DNA of 64,000 nt from Candidatus Bilamarchaeaceae archaeon (lineage in GTDB: Archaea; Micrarchaeota; Micrarchaeia; Anstonellales; Bilamarchaeaceae). Within the stretch, counting starts at the first letter, position 1. Each line of letters opens with the position of its first letter. Shown one piece after another: positions 30,812 to 40,345 of the stretch. The notes beneath the pieces were generated by a model. That model worked only from the letters and a program-made list of their open reading frames with translations, was not told the DNA's origin and ran no database searches. The translations under genes were made by a program, and so were the position numbers. The stretch lies in NCBI GenBank assembly GCA_038851325.1, contig JAWCKZ010000001.1:64001-128000 (forward strand), given 5' to 3'.

Positions 30812-33109
30812 TTAGATTGTTTCTACTTTTGTCGGACCACCATGCTCCTTATCTCTTGAAAAGCGATACGTTGTTGAAAAATCTGCGCCTATAAGGGATT
30901 CTTCATGGGTTATCACAAACGTTTGTTTTACTACTTGCGGGACCTTTACCTGAAGAGTCTCTGAAAGAAGAGCAATAGCCTGAGCATCAAGATTGTGCGT
31001 TGGTTCATCAAGTATGAGCCAACTAAGATTCGGCGTCAGTATCATTGCTAGTGCGACACGAAGGGTGAGCGCAGCGCACGCGCGCTCTCCGCCGCTCGCA
31101 ACTATTTCAAGCGGTTTCCAAACCTCGTTCTCTAAAACTTCGAGTACGTAGTCCTTCTCACTTACCTCAATGCGAATTGATTTGTAGTTGTTATACGGAT
31201 AAAAAATACGCCATATATCATTCATCGCAGTGTTGATAGCGTCTATAAGTCCTTTTCTTAATGTTGTTTGAGTCTCGAGAAGAGCATTTTTGTAAATTTT
31301 CAATTCCTCTATCAACTCACGAATTGAGGTTGCTTTCTTGTAAACTGCTCTCATCTCATCTAGCTCGCGCTTGTAAATCTCCTTCCCCTCTTCCATCATT
31401 TTCTTTTCTTTTTCGAGATATTCAATCTTTTGCGCAAGCCTCTCGCACTCTAGTCTTCCACTTTCAAGCCTTCGCCTTACTTCTTCGTACTCTTTTTCAT
31501 CAAACTTTATTTTTTCTTGTTCGCTTTCTAGAACAGCAAGCCTTTTTTTCACTGCTGCGGCTGTCTCCTCCCGTCTCAACATCTCTTCTTCGCCTTTCAA
31601 CCGCATAAGCAGGTTTTCAATCTTCTGCCTTATTTCTGCTATCTCGCTCTCTCTCTTTTTGGTTGTCTCCGAAATTGTAGTTAGTTGCACATGCGCATGC
31701 TCTTTCTGTTTTATTAGCTCACTTACATCTACCAACCCTTGAGTGAGCACTGCGATTCTCTCGTTGATGAACTCGATTTTTTTTACCCTCTCTCTAGTAA
31801 CCCTGATGCTCCTCTCTGTCTCTTCGATTTCTTTTGCAAGAAGTGCTACTCTTTTTTCGGAGCTTCTTATCTCCCCCTCCTTTTTTCTCAGTATTCTTGT
31901 AATGCCCTCTGGTCCAAGTTCTGATTCGCACAACGGACAACTTGTCATACCAGAAGATAGGTGTTTCAAAAGTTCTCTTAACTCCTTTACTTTTTCCATT
32001 TCGGTGTTTTTTTCTGAGGTTTTCTCAAGCATCTTCTTCTCAGCATCTGAGAGCGCACGTTGGATATTCTCAAGCGTCTCGCTGCGTAAAAGACCACCCC
32101 GAGTGGCATTTAGTTCTTCAAGCTTCTTCTGAAGTTCCACCTGCTCCTTTATTCTTGTCTCTATCACAACTATGCGGTTCGATAATTCTTTTTCCTTCTT
32201 CATGTCTTCAAGGAGCGCTTCCTCACACATCTTTAGCCTTCCTCTAAGCTCTGCAAGCTGTGCTTTATCTCTATTATACACTGCGATATCAACCCTCTTA
32301 AGCCCCTCTTCAAGGCTCGCTACTCTACCTTTTAATTCGGCGATTTCTCTTCCAAGTTCCTCAATTCTTTTCCTCTTTTTCTCCAATTCAACATAGACGA
32401 TAGAGAGCTCTCTCACTTCTTTTTCTACTTTTGCGAATGTCTTCTTCAGAGATTCTGATTCTGCGTTGATTTTACTTTCTTTCTCTTCGTATTCCATAAT
32501 TGTCTTTCGAAGCTGTTCGACTCTTTTCTCGTCGTACTTCTCAAACAATGCTTGCGCCATCGCCTCAAATTTGTTTGTTATCGTGACTGTATTTGCTCGT
32601 GCCTTCTCGAATCGGTCTAGGCCAAGAAGACGATCAAACTCTTCCTTTCGTCTTCTCGGGTCGAGAGACAGAAAATAGTCTATGTTGTTCTGCTCGGAAT
32701 AAATCGCACGCGTAAAAAGATCATAGTCTACACCTATCGTTTCCACTATTCGCTCACTTACTGCCCTTCCACCAGTTTCCAGAAGAGTGCCATCCCTATA
32801 TAGCTCAGCCCTGCTGCTCATACGGTCGTTTCTTTTTCCTATCTCGCGCATAACTTTATAGTCGCTGCCGTTCCAGGAAAATTCAAGCATTACTCTTGTG
32901 GTGTTTTCGTTGTACCTAACAATATCCTCAAGCTTAAGTTGTCTTCGCTCGAGAGCAGGAAATGTCCCAAAAAGCGCAAAACTTATTCCGTCCAGAACAG
33001 CGCTCTTTCCGGAACCCATTATACCAACAAGAAGATTCGTTCCATGACTGAATTTAAGGAAAGTATCAGAGTGAGAACGCCAGTTAAAAAGTCTGATGGA
33101 ACGAATCAT
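30812..33109 (-). CDS. rad50: Rad50/SbcC-like SMC ATPase
   Basis: Walker A GIMGSGKS, coiled coil with CPLC hook, SGGE signature, LILDEP, ITH. Confidence 0.88.
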   Translation of the reverse strand: MIRSIRLFNWRSHSDTFLKFSHGTNLLVGIMGSGKSAVLDGISFALFGTFPALERRQLKLEDIVRYNENTTRVMLEFSWNGSDYKVMREIGKRNDRMSSRAELYRDGTLLETGGRAVSERIVETIGVDYDLFTRAIYSEQNNIDYFLSLDPRRRKEEFDRLLGLDRFEKARANTVTITNKFEAMAQALFEKYDEKRVEQLRKTIMEYEEKESKINAESESLKKTFAKVEKEVRELSIVYVELEKKRKRIEELGREIAELKGRVASLEEGLKRVDIAVYNRDKAQLAELRGRLKMCEEALLEDMKKEKELSNRIVVIETRIKEQVELQKKLEELNATRGGLLRSETLENIQRALSDAEKKMLEKTSEKNTEMEKVKELRELLKHLSSGMTSCPLCESELGPEGITRILRKKEGEIRSSEKRVALLAKEIEETERSIRVTRERVKKIEFINERIAVLTQGLVDVSELIKQKEHAHVQLTTISETTKKRESEIAEIRQKIENLLMRLKGEEEMLRREETAAAVKKRLAVLESEQEKIKFDEKEYEEVRRRLESGRLECERLAQKIEYLEKEKKMMEEGKEIYKRELDEMRAVYKKATSIRELIEELKIYKNALLETQTTLRKGLIDAINTAMNDIWRIFYPYNNYKSIRIEVSEKDYVLEVLENEVWKPLEIVASGGERACAALTLRVALAMILTPNLSWLILDEPTHNLDAQAIALLSETLQVKVPQVVKQTFVITHEESLIGADFSTTYRFSRDKEHGGPTKVETI

Positions 33110-33128
33110 CGCGACTCACCAAATCGAA

Positions 33129-33602
33129 TGCGGCCGCCGGGATTGTCAGCCTGCTGGCAAATGCTGCACGCCAGTACAAGACTTTTGAACCCGGGTCACA
33201 GGCTTTCTTCCCGAACCGCAGGGAACCTACGGTTCCCCTCAGTTTGAGGTTCCTCCTGATCCCCTCCCTTAGAGAATCCCTATGAGCAACCTAAGTTCTC
33301 CTCAGGGCTTTTGATGAAACTTTTGCCCGAACCGCAGGGAACCTACGGTTCCCCTCAGTTTGAGGCTCTCCCTGACTCCCATCTTTAAGGAGATCGCCTA
33401 CAACCTGAGAACTCTCTCAGGGCTTTTTGGGAACCTCTTGCTCTTAGAAAACCCAAGAGCATAAGTTTTCCTCAGGGTTTTGATGAAACTTTTGCCCTAA
33501 GAATATAGGAGACAAAAGTTTCTTGGAAGGCCTGAATCCTAACCATTGTCCTAAGTGTTGCCTATTGGTACTAAAGGCAAAAAGCCTCTAGACTACGGCC
33601 GC
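33129..33602 (-). tRNA. tRNA-Gly(TCC) with three introns: D-loop ~42 nt, anticodon ~319 nt, T-loop ~41 nt
   Basis: Exons 33588-33602, 33524-33545, 33185-33204, 33129-33143 join to 72-nt GCGGCCGTAGTCTAGTGGTTAGGATTCAGGCCTTCCAAGCCTGTGACCCGGGTTCAAATCCCGGCGGCCGCA. Confidence 0.88.
33210..33497. repeat. Hairpin repeats inside tRNA-Gly anticodon intron
   Basis: Identical 40-mer at 33210 and 33326; CTCAGGG(C)TTTTGATGAAACTTTTGCCC at 33301 and 33471. Confidence 0.9.
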
Positions 33603-33628
33603 AGTGGAGAAGAAATGTCAGATTCTGT

Positions 33629-33958
33629 TTAAATAGTTTTCCCACTACTCGAATTAAAATTTCTGGAAAGCCAATTAAAGCATCTAGCCGCTCCCTCGAA
33701 TGCACTCTGTTCAACAAGCCTCACGGCCGTCTCGAGATACCTCCTTACTCTTTCATGTAGTTCATCTTTTATCTCAGGAAGTATCAGAAACGGGTTCTGA
33801 GTACCAAGAGCGAGCGCGAATTCTCTTATAAATCGTCTTCCAGCGCTCTTCTTTATCTCTTTTATCGTCGGATTTTTTTCCTTGTCTGCAGCAAGTAGCG
33901 TTGCATCGTGAGTTTTGCGGTTTTCTGGTTTCAGGCTCCGTATGTTGCCGTGATCCAC
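33629..33958 (-). CDS. Hypothetical protein
   Basis: 109-aa ORF overlapping end of upstream ATPase gene. Confidence 0.4.
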   Translation of the reverse strand: MDHGNIRSLKPENRKTHDATLLAADKEKNPTIKEIKKSAGRRFIREFALALGTQNPFLILPEIKDELHERVRRYLETAVRLVEQSAFEGAARCFNWLSRNFNSSSGKTI

Positions 33959-35085
33959 CTTTTGAGCATCGGGTCGACTAGGACGTATTTTCCCACTGCC
34001 TTTTTCTTGACATATGATTTTTCAATAAGGCGCTCTATCATTTTTGCAATATTTGGAAGAGGTTTGCCAATTTTTCTGGCGATACCGGACATGTTCTCAT
34101 TCCCAAGTCCTATTTCTATAAGAACACTTTTCTCCCCTGCAGAAAGCTTTTCTAAACTAGAACGAAAAACAGCATCGCCCTCCGCCAGCATCACCTTTAG
34201 GGAGTCTTCTATTACAGCTTCGGTTATTTCTTTCTTTTCGGAATCATATATCTTATCACCTAGCCATTGAAGGTAATACGGATAACCTTCAGTAACATGA
34301 TGGATCTTTTTTAGGTGTTCCTCTGTAAAAGAGAGACCTGCTTTTCTAAATTTCTCCCGCATCATCTTTATTGAAGTTGCTTCATCAAACGGACCGAGCT
34401 GATAAGGTTTCAGCAGATGAAAAAAAGGCGCAGTTTTTGGAAGTGCCATCTGCTCCAAAAGCGAGACTTCTGACCCACAAACAATTATCGATGTATTTTT
34501 CCATCTTTGGATGATAGCTCTTATTGCCCAGACGGTATTCTTCTCGAGTTCCTCAACCATCTGAAATTCATCAAATATCAGAATAGCCCGGCTCTTTGTT
34601 TCCCTCCCAAGACTTTCTGCTACACCAAACGATTTTTTGATCAAATCCTGAAGACTGGCTTTCTTTTCCTTGAAACTCACTTTGACTTGCAAATAATCCT
34701 TTATGGAAACCCCAACCTCGGTACTTCTCAGCAACGCAGCCAATGCTTCCCCGGAACCTTTTAGTGCCTCGATCAACCGGCTTTTTATCTCCCTCTTTGG
34801 CCTAAACGCATCCACGCATTTCAAGAATAGTTGATCGTGAAAAGACTCTATGTCGAAGGGATGCAGACTGGAAACATCAAAATACACAGGGGTTGCAGAA
34901 CTCTTCTTTTTCACCCTATTGACAAACTCTTCCAGAAGGGAGGTCTTTCCGATCCGCCTGGGACCGTATATGACATAACCAAGTTTGCCTCTTTTAACCA
35001 GGTCCCTATAAAGCATTTCGAGCACTTTTTCTCTGCCGTAGAAATCTTTTCCAACTACTGGGCCACCGACCTTAAACAAAGTCAT
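33931..35085 (-). CDS. Archaeal-type AAA ATPase with C-terminal winged helix
   Basis: FYGRE, GPRRIGKTS, IFDEFQ, GYPYY, C-terminal wHTH and DPML. Confidence 0.88.
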   Translation of the reverse strand: MTLFKVGGPVVGKDFYGREKVLEMLYRDLVKRGKLGYVIYGPRRIGKTSLLEEFVNRVKKKSSATPVYFDVSSLHPFDIESFHDQLFLKCVDAFRPKREIKSRLIEALKGSGEALAALLRSTEVGVSIKDYLQVKVSFKEKKASLQDLIKKSFGVAESLGRETKSRAILIFDEFQMVEELEKNTVWAIRAIIQRWKNTSIIVCGSEVSLLEQMALPKTAPFFHLLKPYQLGPFDEATSIKMMREKFRKAGLSFTEEHLKKIHHVTEGYPYYLQWLGDKIYDSEKKEITEAVIEDSLKVMLAEGDAVFRSSLEKLSAGEKSVLIEIGLGNENMSGIARKIGKPLPNIAKMIERLIEKSYVKKKAVGKYVLVDPMLKRWITATYGA

Positions 35086-35097
35086 GTTATCCCCTTA

Positions 35098-35131
35098 ATT
35101 GACATTTTTGTCTATTGACATTTTTGTCAAT
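35098..35131. promoter_or_regulatory. Tandem palindromic operator-like sites upstream of ATPase-wHTH gene
   Basis: ATTGACATTTTTGTC-T-ATTGACATTTTTGTCAAT between a TTTATATG box (minus strand, 35136-35143) and the start codon. Confidence 0.6.
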
Positions 35132-35253
35132 AATACATATAAACCTTTGCTTATTGCTACACCAGATGCAGTTTCGGCCCAGCAATTATCAAAATCCAAA
35201 TGAAAAAATAATGAAAATCAGCATGTGCCAGAATCTACTTTTTTGATGGAAAA

Positions 35254-36207
35254 ATGGGCCCGCGGAGCCGCCTGATGGCAGTTTCCTGTTCAGAGTTGCC
35301 AGTTTCCAGACGTGAAAACGGAGGGTTTTCCGTTCCGGGCAACCAGTTCCCGGAATGCAGTGAAGAACGACCTGCCTGGAAAGCAAAGCAAATCTCAAAA
35401 GAGCTTACGGCTAAATGGCCTGAAATAAAGCGGGAAATGGAGTTCTTAGGCCGCTATCTGACAAAATGGAATCTGGTAAAGGCTATAACAATCCTGTCAG
35501 AAGCGAGAAAAAGCCGGTTTTTGAGAAGGAAAACACCAAAGTATGGCTCTATGAACAAGGGGTTTACGGAAGAGGAATTAGAGCGGTTTTTCAGCGTTAT
35601 AGATGACCCTAAGCTGCATCTTCTCTTCAACTTCCAGGCAATAATGGGGTTGAGGATTGGAGAAGCAGTGCGGGTCAATATCAAAGACGTAAACTTGAAG
35701 ACAAGAGAACTCCGCATCTTTACAGAGAAAACGGGCAAGACAGATTATCTCCTGCTGCCTTTGGACCTGTTCGATGCCGTGCTTCAGTATATCGCAGACT
35801 ACGAGAAGGAGATAACCGCATGCAAGGGCTTTCTCTTCTTCTCAATGGTGCAGTCCAGGACAACACAGTTTACAGAGCCGCACATAACAACAGATACGGC
35901 GAGGGTATTCTTTCATGAATACGTAAGAAAAGCCAAGCTTGAGGAAATTTACGGCTACACCACGACGCCGCATCCAAGGCCGTTATACCGCCTCACGCCA
36001 CACAGTTTGAGGCACTATGCAGTTACGAACTTCTGCAGGAAAAACGGCGGGAACGTTGCATTGACGGCCAAGTTTGCAAGGCATACGAACCTACAAACCA
36101 CGATGATATACATCCACAGCAAAAAGGAGGAGCTTTACGAGTGCATCGAGCGGGCGAATGACGACAGGCTGCTAAGAAGAGTGAGGGAGATGCAAGACAG
36201 GATTTAA
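35254..36207 (+). CDS. Tyrosine recombinase/integrase, catalytic (IntC) part
   Basis: GLRIGEA, EKTGK, HSLRH, ARHTN...IY; begins inside the att repeat. Confidence 0.93.
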   Translation: MGPRSRLMAVSCSELPVSRRENGGFSVPGNQFPECSEERPAWKAKQISKELTAKWPEIKREMEFLGRYLTKWNLVKAITILSEARKSRFLRRKTPKYGSMNKGFTEEELERFFSVIDDPKLHLLFNFQAIMGLRIGEAVRVNIKDVNLKTRELRIFTEKTGKTDYLLLPLDLFDAVLQYIADYEKEITACKGFLFFSMVQSRTTQFTEPHITTDTARVFFHEYVRKAKLEEIYGYTTTPHPRPLYRLTPHSLRHYAVTNFCRKNGGNVALTAKFARHTNLQTTMIYIHSKKEELYECIERANDDRLLRRVREMQDRI

Positions 36208-36266
36208 CAAAAATGCAGGAAGGCTAAAGGCAAATCATTTAAACATGATTTGGTTTATTAGACGCC

Positions 36267-36992
36267 ATGGCAGACGCATTTTTATGGATAATCGTCTCGG
36301 CCATTGCGGATTCCCTGCTCGGCTTTGTCGGCATATTCTCACTGTGGCTCAACCGGCATGACCTCAACAAAATCGCAAATGTACTCATGGCGTTCGCTGC
36401 CGGCAGCCTGCTTGGAGCCGCATTCTTTCATCTATTGCCCGAATCGCTTGAAAAAATAGATGCCGAGCAGGCATTTACGCTGACGCTTGCGGGTTTCATA
36501 CTTTTCATCTTCCTCGAATCTTACTTCCATTGGCATAGATGCAAATGCGGCGTCCACCCTTTCTCCTTCGTGATGCTGGTAGGCGACGGAGTGCATAATT
36601 TTCTTGGAGGCCTGGTGCTTGCAGCAAGTTTTTTTGTAAGCACGGCATTGGGCATTGCCACCATAGTCGCGATAATCGCCCATGAATTCCCACAGCAGCT
36701 CGGCATCTTCGGCGTGCTGATAAGAGGCGGTTTTTCGAGAAACAGGGCCCTGGTATTCAGCTTCCTCGCGCAATCCACCATAATTATAGGCGCTCTTGTC
36801 GGGTATTATCTTTCGGGCACAATCGAGATTTTTAGCGCCTTTCTTATTCCGTTTGCAGCGGGGAATTTCATATACATAGCTTCGTCCGACCTTATACCCG
36901 AGATGCACAAGTCAAAAGGCTTGGAACTGCTGAAAGGCTTGGCGGTATTTCTCATGGGAGTGGCGTTGATGTGGGTATTGGCGGTCCGCTGA
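36267..36992 (+). CDS. ZIP family metal transporter
   Basis: AFFHLLPE, GDGVHNF, AHEFPQ, SDLIPE. Confidence 0.92.
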   Translation: MADAFLWIIVSAIADSLLGFVGIFSLWLNRHDLNKIANVLMAFAAGSLLGAAFFHLLPESLEKIDAEQAFTLTLAGFILFIFLESYFHWHRCKCGVHPFSFVMLVGDGVHNFLGGLVLAASFFVSTALGIATIVAIIAHEFPQQLGIFGVLIRGGFSRNRALVFSFLAQSTIIIGALVGYYLSGTIEIFSAFLIPFAAGNFIYIASSDLIPEMHKSKGLELLKGLAVFLMGVALMWVLAVR

Positions 36993-37050
36993 TTAGCCTA
37001 TGCGCGGCTGCCTTGGCAAGGATTTTATGTTTTACTGAAAATATTATCGC

Positions 37051-37371
37051 ATGATAGTCCGTGCGCCCCTCGCAGATATAAAAAAAGACGGCACCATAAA
37101 CTGCAGGGTATGCGCCCGCCGGTGCACAATAGCGAAAGGCGGAACCGGATTTTGCGGGATACGCAGGAACGTCGATGGCAGATTAGACCTTATCGTTTAT
37201 GGAAGGCCCGCGGCATTCGCCATAGACCCGATAGAAAAGAAGCCGCAATTCCATTTCCTGCCCGGCACGAGCGCTTATTCTCTCGGGACGTATGGTTGCA
37301 CCTTCATCTGCAAGTTCTGCTGCTCTTCCTTAAGACAGGTCTCGCAAAGCCACCGGTTATTCCACAGGTAA
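37051..37371 (+). pseudogene. Truncated AmmeMemoRadiSam-type radical SAM gene (N-terminal fragment)
   Basis: CRVCARRC..GFCGIR..DPIEKKPQFHFLPG..GCTFICKFC, then similarity ends abruptly at ~37320. Confidence 0.8.
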
Positions 37372-37466
37372 AGCACCGGGGCGGCCCTGCCGCAACGCTC
37401 GCATGTTTCAGGATAAACAAGTATCTGAAGGCGGGGCCTTTGCTTTCCTTTGTCAGCATTATCCAT
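37275..37466 (-). CDS. Small CxxC...CxxC zinc-finger protein (possibly truncated)
   Basis: CERC...WLCETC; TTTATAAA box upstream. Confidence 0.45.
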   Translation of the reverse strand: MDNADKGKQRPRLQILVYPETCERCGRAAPVLYLWNNRWLCETCLKEEQQNLQMKVQPYVPRE

Positions 37467-37528
37467 GTGCTTTCACGGTTGAGTTTCCCGGAGCGGATTT
37501 ATAAATATATTCATTCTTACTTATATTC

Positions 37529-37777
37529 ATGAACACTGACATAATAAATGCCGTATCATCCGAAACTAGGCTGAAGATGCTGGCGGAGATCGGGAAGCGT
37601 GAGATATGCGCATGCAGACTGCCAGCAATCGTGAAGAAGACCCAACCTGCGGTGTCCCAGCATCTTGGCGTGCTGAGGGAAGCCGACCTGGTGAAATCGA
37701 GAAAGGACGGGGCGAAGGTGCTCTACTCGCTTACTGAAAAGGGAAAGCGGGTATTGAGCGACATAAAAAGGTGGTAG
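37529..37777 (+). CDS. ArsR/SmtB family transcriptional regulator
   Basis: RLKML..ICAC..QPAVSQHLGVLREADLV..YSL. Confidence 0.92.
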   Translation: MNTDIINAVSSETRLKMLAEIGKREICACRLPAIVKKTQPAVSQHLGVLREADLVKSRKDGAKVLYSLTEKGKRVLSDIKRW

Positions 37778-37778
37778 A

Positions 37779-38174
37779 ATGAAGATTGAAATACTCGGAA
37801 GCGGATGCATGAACTGCAAAAAGCTGGAGGAAAACGCAAGGAAGGCGGTTGAAAAAGCAGGCAAAAAGGCGGAGATAGTGAAGGTGACGGACTTTGGGGA
37901 GATAGCCTCTTACGGAGTAATGAGGACGCCGGCGCTTGTAATAGACGGCACGGTAAAATCCGCAGGAACGATACCGATAGTGCAGGCATTGATGGCAAAG
38001 GGGATGGCTACGGGAACGGCGCTCGTGCTTATGATGAGCATTACCGCATTGTCATTCCCGCAGCTGCTGATACTTAGGAAAGTGATCAAAATTAAGCTGC
38101 TTGCGCTGCTTGTGGCGATACTTGCGGCTGCTTTTATAATAACAGGATACATATTCAACTTCCTGATAGGGTGA
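37779..38174 (+). CDS. Small redox-active disulfide protein fused in frame to C-terminus of a permease (probable deletion chimera)
   Basis: MKIEILGSGCMNC..YGVMRTPALVIDG then IPIVQALMAKGMATGTALVLMMSITALSFP. Confidence 0.75.
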   Translation: MKIEILGSGCMNCKKLEENARKAVEKAGKKAEIVKVTDFGEIASYGVMRTPALVIDGTVKSAGTIPIVQALMAKGMATGTALVLMMSITALSFPQLLILRKVIKIKLLALLVAILAAAFIITGYIFNFLIG

Positions 38175-38180
38175 TGAGCT

Positions 38181-38543
38181 ATGGCTGACGACAAGAAATT
38201 TTCGGAATGGCATGGAATTCCAAGGGACAGGATAAAATGGAATCCTGCTGTAGACAAAAGCAAATGCACCGGATGCGGGATGTGCATAACAGGATGCGGC
38301 AGGAACGTCTACGACTGGGACGTGAAGAGCAACAAACCGGTTGTCGCAAGGCCGAATAACTGCCTTGTGGGCTGCGTGACCTGCTCGAACACCTGCCTTT
38401 TCAATGCGATAAGCTTTCCGGACAAGGCGGAAATTAAAAAAATAATCGTGGAAAACGGCGTTATTGCGCGGGCAAAGGAGGAACTTGAAAAGAAATTGAA
38501 GGGAGCCTCGGAAAAGCCGGCAGGCTGTTGCGGAGGAAAATAA
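38181..38543 (+). CDS. 4Fe-4S dicluster ferredoxin-like protein
   Basis: CTGCGMCITGC and CLVGCVTCSNTC. Confidence 0.9.
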   Translation: MADDKKFSEWHGIPRDRIKWNPAVDKSKCTGCGMCITGCGRNVYDWDVKSNKPVVARPNNCLVGCVTCSNTCLFNAISFPDKAEIKKIIVENGVIARAKEELEKKLKGASEKPAGCCGGK

Positions 38544-38575
38544 ATTGTATTCAGGGTTTTGGAGGTGTGGCTGAT

Positions 38576-38881
38576 ATGATGAAATGCACCAACTGCTTTA
38601 AGAAATACGAAAAAGAGGAAAAATGCAGCCAGTGTGGAACAGAGCTCGGGACTGAATTCATATGCATCAGGATAGAGGAAAAATCAGCCCACTTCTGTTC
38701 GAAAACATGCGCCAATAAAGTACTTGTTGCCGCATCTTATCCGCCTGATAGGCCGGTAGCCAAAGGGCCGGCGGGAGGATACGAATGCAGGAAGTGCGGG
38801 TATCATTTCTTGCCAGAGGATATGGAGGAGGCTCCGAAACTGTGCCCGGCATGCGCCAGCCCCGACCTGACGAGGCTGTGA
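38576..38881 (+). CDS. Multi zinc-finger small protein
   Basis: Several CxxC pairs, FCSKTC; GGAGGTG RBS. Confidence 0.7.
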   Translation: MMKCTNCFKKYEKEEKCSQCGTELGTEFICIRIEEKSAHFCSKTCANKVLVAASYPPDRPVAKGPAGGYECRKCGYHFLPEDMEEAPKLCPACASPDLTRL

Positions 38882-38914
38882 ATTTCCACGAATGATTGAA
38901 AACGGGGTTATTGA

Positions 38915-39145
38915 ATGGAAGTGATTCTATACACCGCACCCGGTTGCCCATATTGCGTGCTGGTCAAGAATTTCCTTAAGCAGAACAATATAAAATTCGA
39001 AGAAGTGGACCTTTCCAAAAATCCTGATGCGGCAAAGCGGGTATCTGAAAAAACAGGAGTCAGGAGCGTGCCGGTGACGGAAATAAACGGAAACTTCGTT
39101 GTAGGCTACGATATCAAAAAAATAAGGGAATTGCTGGGGTTGTGA
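38915..39145 (+). CDS. Glutaredoxin/NrdH-like protein
   Basis: CPYC, SVPV, VVGYD. Confidence 0.92.
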   Translation: MEVILYTAPGCPYCVLVKNFLKQNNIKFEEVDLSKNPDAAKRVSEKTGVRSVPVTEINGNFVVGYDIKKIRELLGL

Positions 39146-40345
39146 ATGGTGAATCTTATAGAGCCGGTGCAGGAATTTCTGAAAGAAAAATTCAATCTGT
39201 ACCTGGTGGCAGTGCTGCTCGTGCTGGGGCTGGCAGTTTTCTTCAGCGGAGCAGGGGAACAGCTGCTGCAGGAAGAAAAATTCACTGTTCATGTGTTCTA
39301 CCTGCCGACCTGCCCGCACTGCGCAGAGCAAAAGCCGATAATAAACGAGCTTGCGCAGGAAATGGAAAACGTTTCATTCCTGTTCCATGATGCATCCACG
39401 CCGGATGGAATTGCGCTGTTTTACCGGCTTGCCGCAGAGTCCGGGCTGGACACCTCCGGCCTTGGGGTTCCGACAACATTCGTTGGCAAAAAAGCGCTGG
39501 TAGGGGTGCACTCGAAAGAGGACCTGATTGCAGCCATCCAATACTGCCAGGAGAACTGCACTGTAGGGGAAAAAACCGGATACCAGGAAAGCGCCACTGC
39601 AGTCACCGAATTCGACCTGCCGTTTTTCGGCCGCACCGACCTGCTGTCCGTCTCCCTTCCGGTGCTGGCGATAACGCTCGGCCTTGTGGACGGCTTCAAT
39701 CCCTGCGCGATGTGGGTTCTCGTTTACCTGATAGGCCTGCTTTTGAACGTAGATGACAAGAGGAAGTTCTGGTTGATAATCGGGAGTTTTGTCCTTGCCT
39801 CCGGAGTGCTCTACTTCCTGTTTATGACCGCGTGGCTTAATGCGTTTCTCATAATCGGCTATCTGCGGCCGGTCACTATCCTGATTGGCATTGTCGCGCT
39901 TGGGGGCGGGGCACTGAGCCTGAAGGAGTATCTTACTGCCAAGGGCGCGCTCGCGTGCAAAATCGGGAACGAGGAAAGCCACAGTAAAACCGAGAGCAAA
40001 ATCCAGCATATCATATCGCAGCCGCTGTCCATCGGGATATTGATATCCATAATGGCGCTTGCATTCGTCGTCAACTCGGTCGAATTCGCATGCTCGTCCG
40101 CAATCCCGGCCGTCTTCACGCAGGTTTTGGCATTGAAGGACATCGGCGCCATAGAAAGATACGCGTACATACTTCTTTACGATATTTTCTTCATGCTGGA
40201 CGACCTGATAATATTCGGCATGGCCGGCCTTGCCATAAGCAGCAGCGTCGGGGAAAAATACGCGAAATACTGCAAGCTTATTGGCGGGATAATAATGGTC
40301 GCGCTTGGCCTGATGCTGCTGTTCGCCCCGCAGCTTTTGAGATGA
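39146..40345 (+). CDS. Thioredoxin-fold membrane protein (DsbD/CcdA-like)
   Basis: CPHC domain, GLVDGFNPCAMWVL, VEFACS, multiple TM segments. Confidence 0.85.
   Translation: MVNLIEPVQEFLKEKFNLYLVAVLLVLGLAVFFSGAGEQLLQEEKFTVHVFYLPTCPHCAEQKPIINELAQEMENVSFLFHDASTPDGIALFYRLAAESGLDTSGLGVPTTFVGKKALVGVHSKEDLIAAIQYCQENCTVGEKTGYQESATAVTEFDLPFFGRTDLLSVSLPVLAITLGLVDGFNPCAMWVLVYLIGLLLNVDDKRKFWLIIGSFVLASGVLYFLFMTAWLNAFLIIGYLRPVTILIGIVALGGGALSLKEYLTAKGALACKIGNEESHSKTESKIQHIISQPLSIGILISIMALAFVVNSVEFACSSAIPAVFTQVLALKDIGAIERYAYILLYDIFFMLDDLIIFGMAGLAISSSVGEKYAKYCKLIGGIIMVALGLMLLFAPQLLR

Noticed and set aside
33210..33497. 40-bp palindromic repeat as a mini-CRISPR
   Set aside because: Only two copies 116 bp apart, and the intervening sequence is itself repeated
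33129..33602. Trans-spliced split or permuted tRNA
   Set aside because: All exons are collinear, in order and on one strand, so cis-splicing is sufficient
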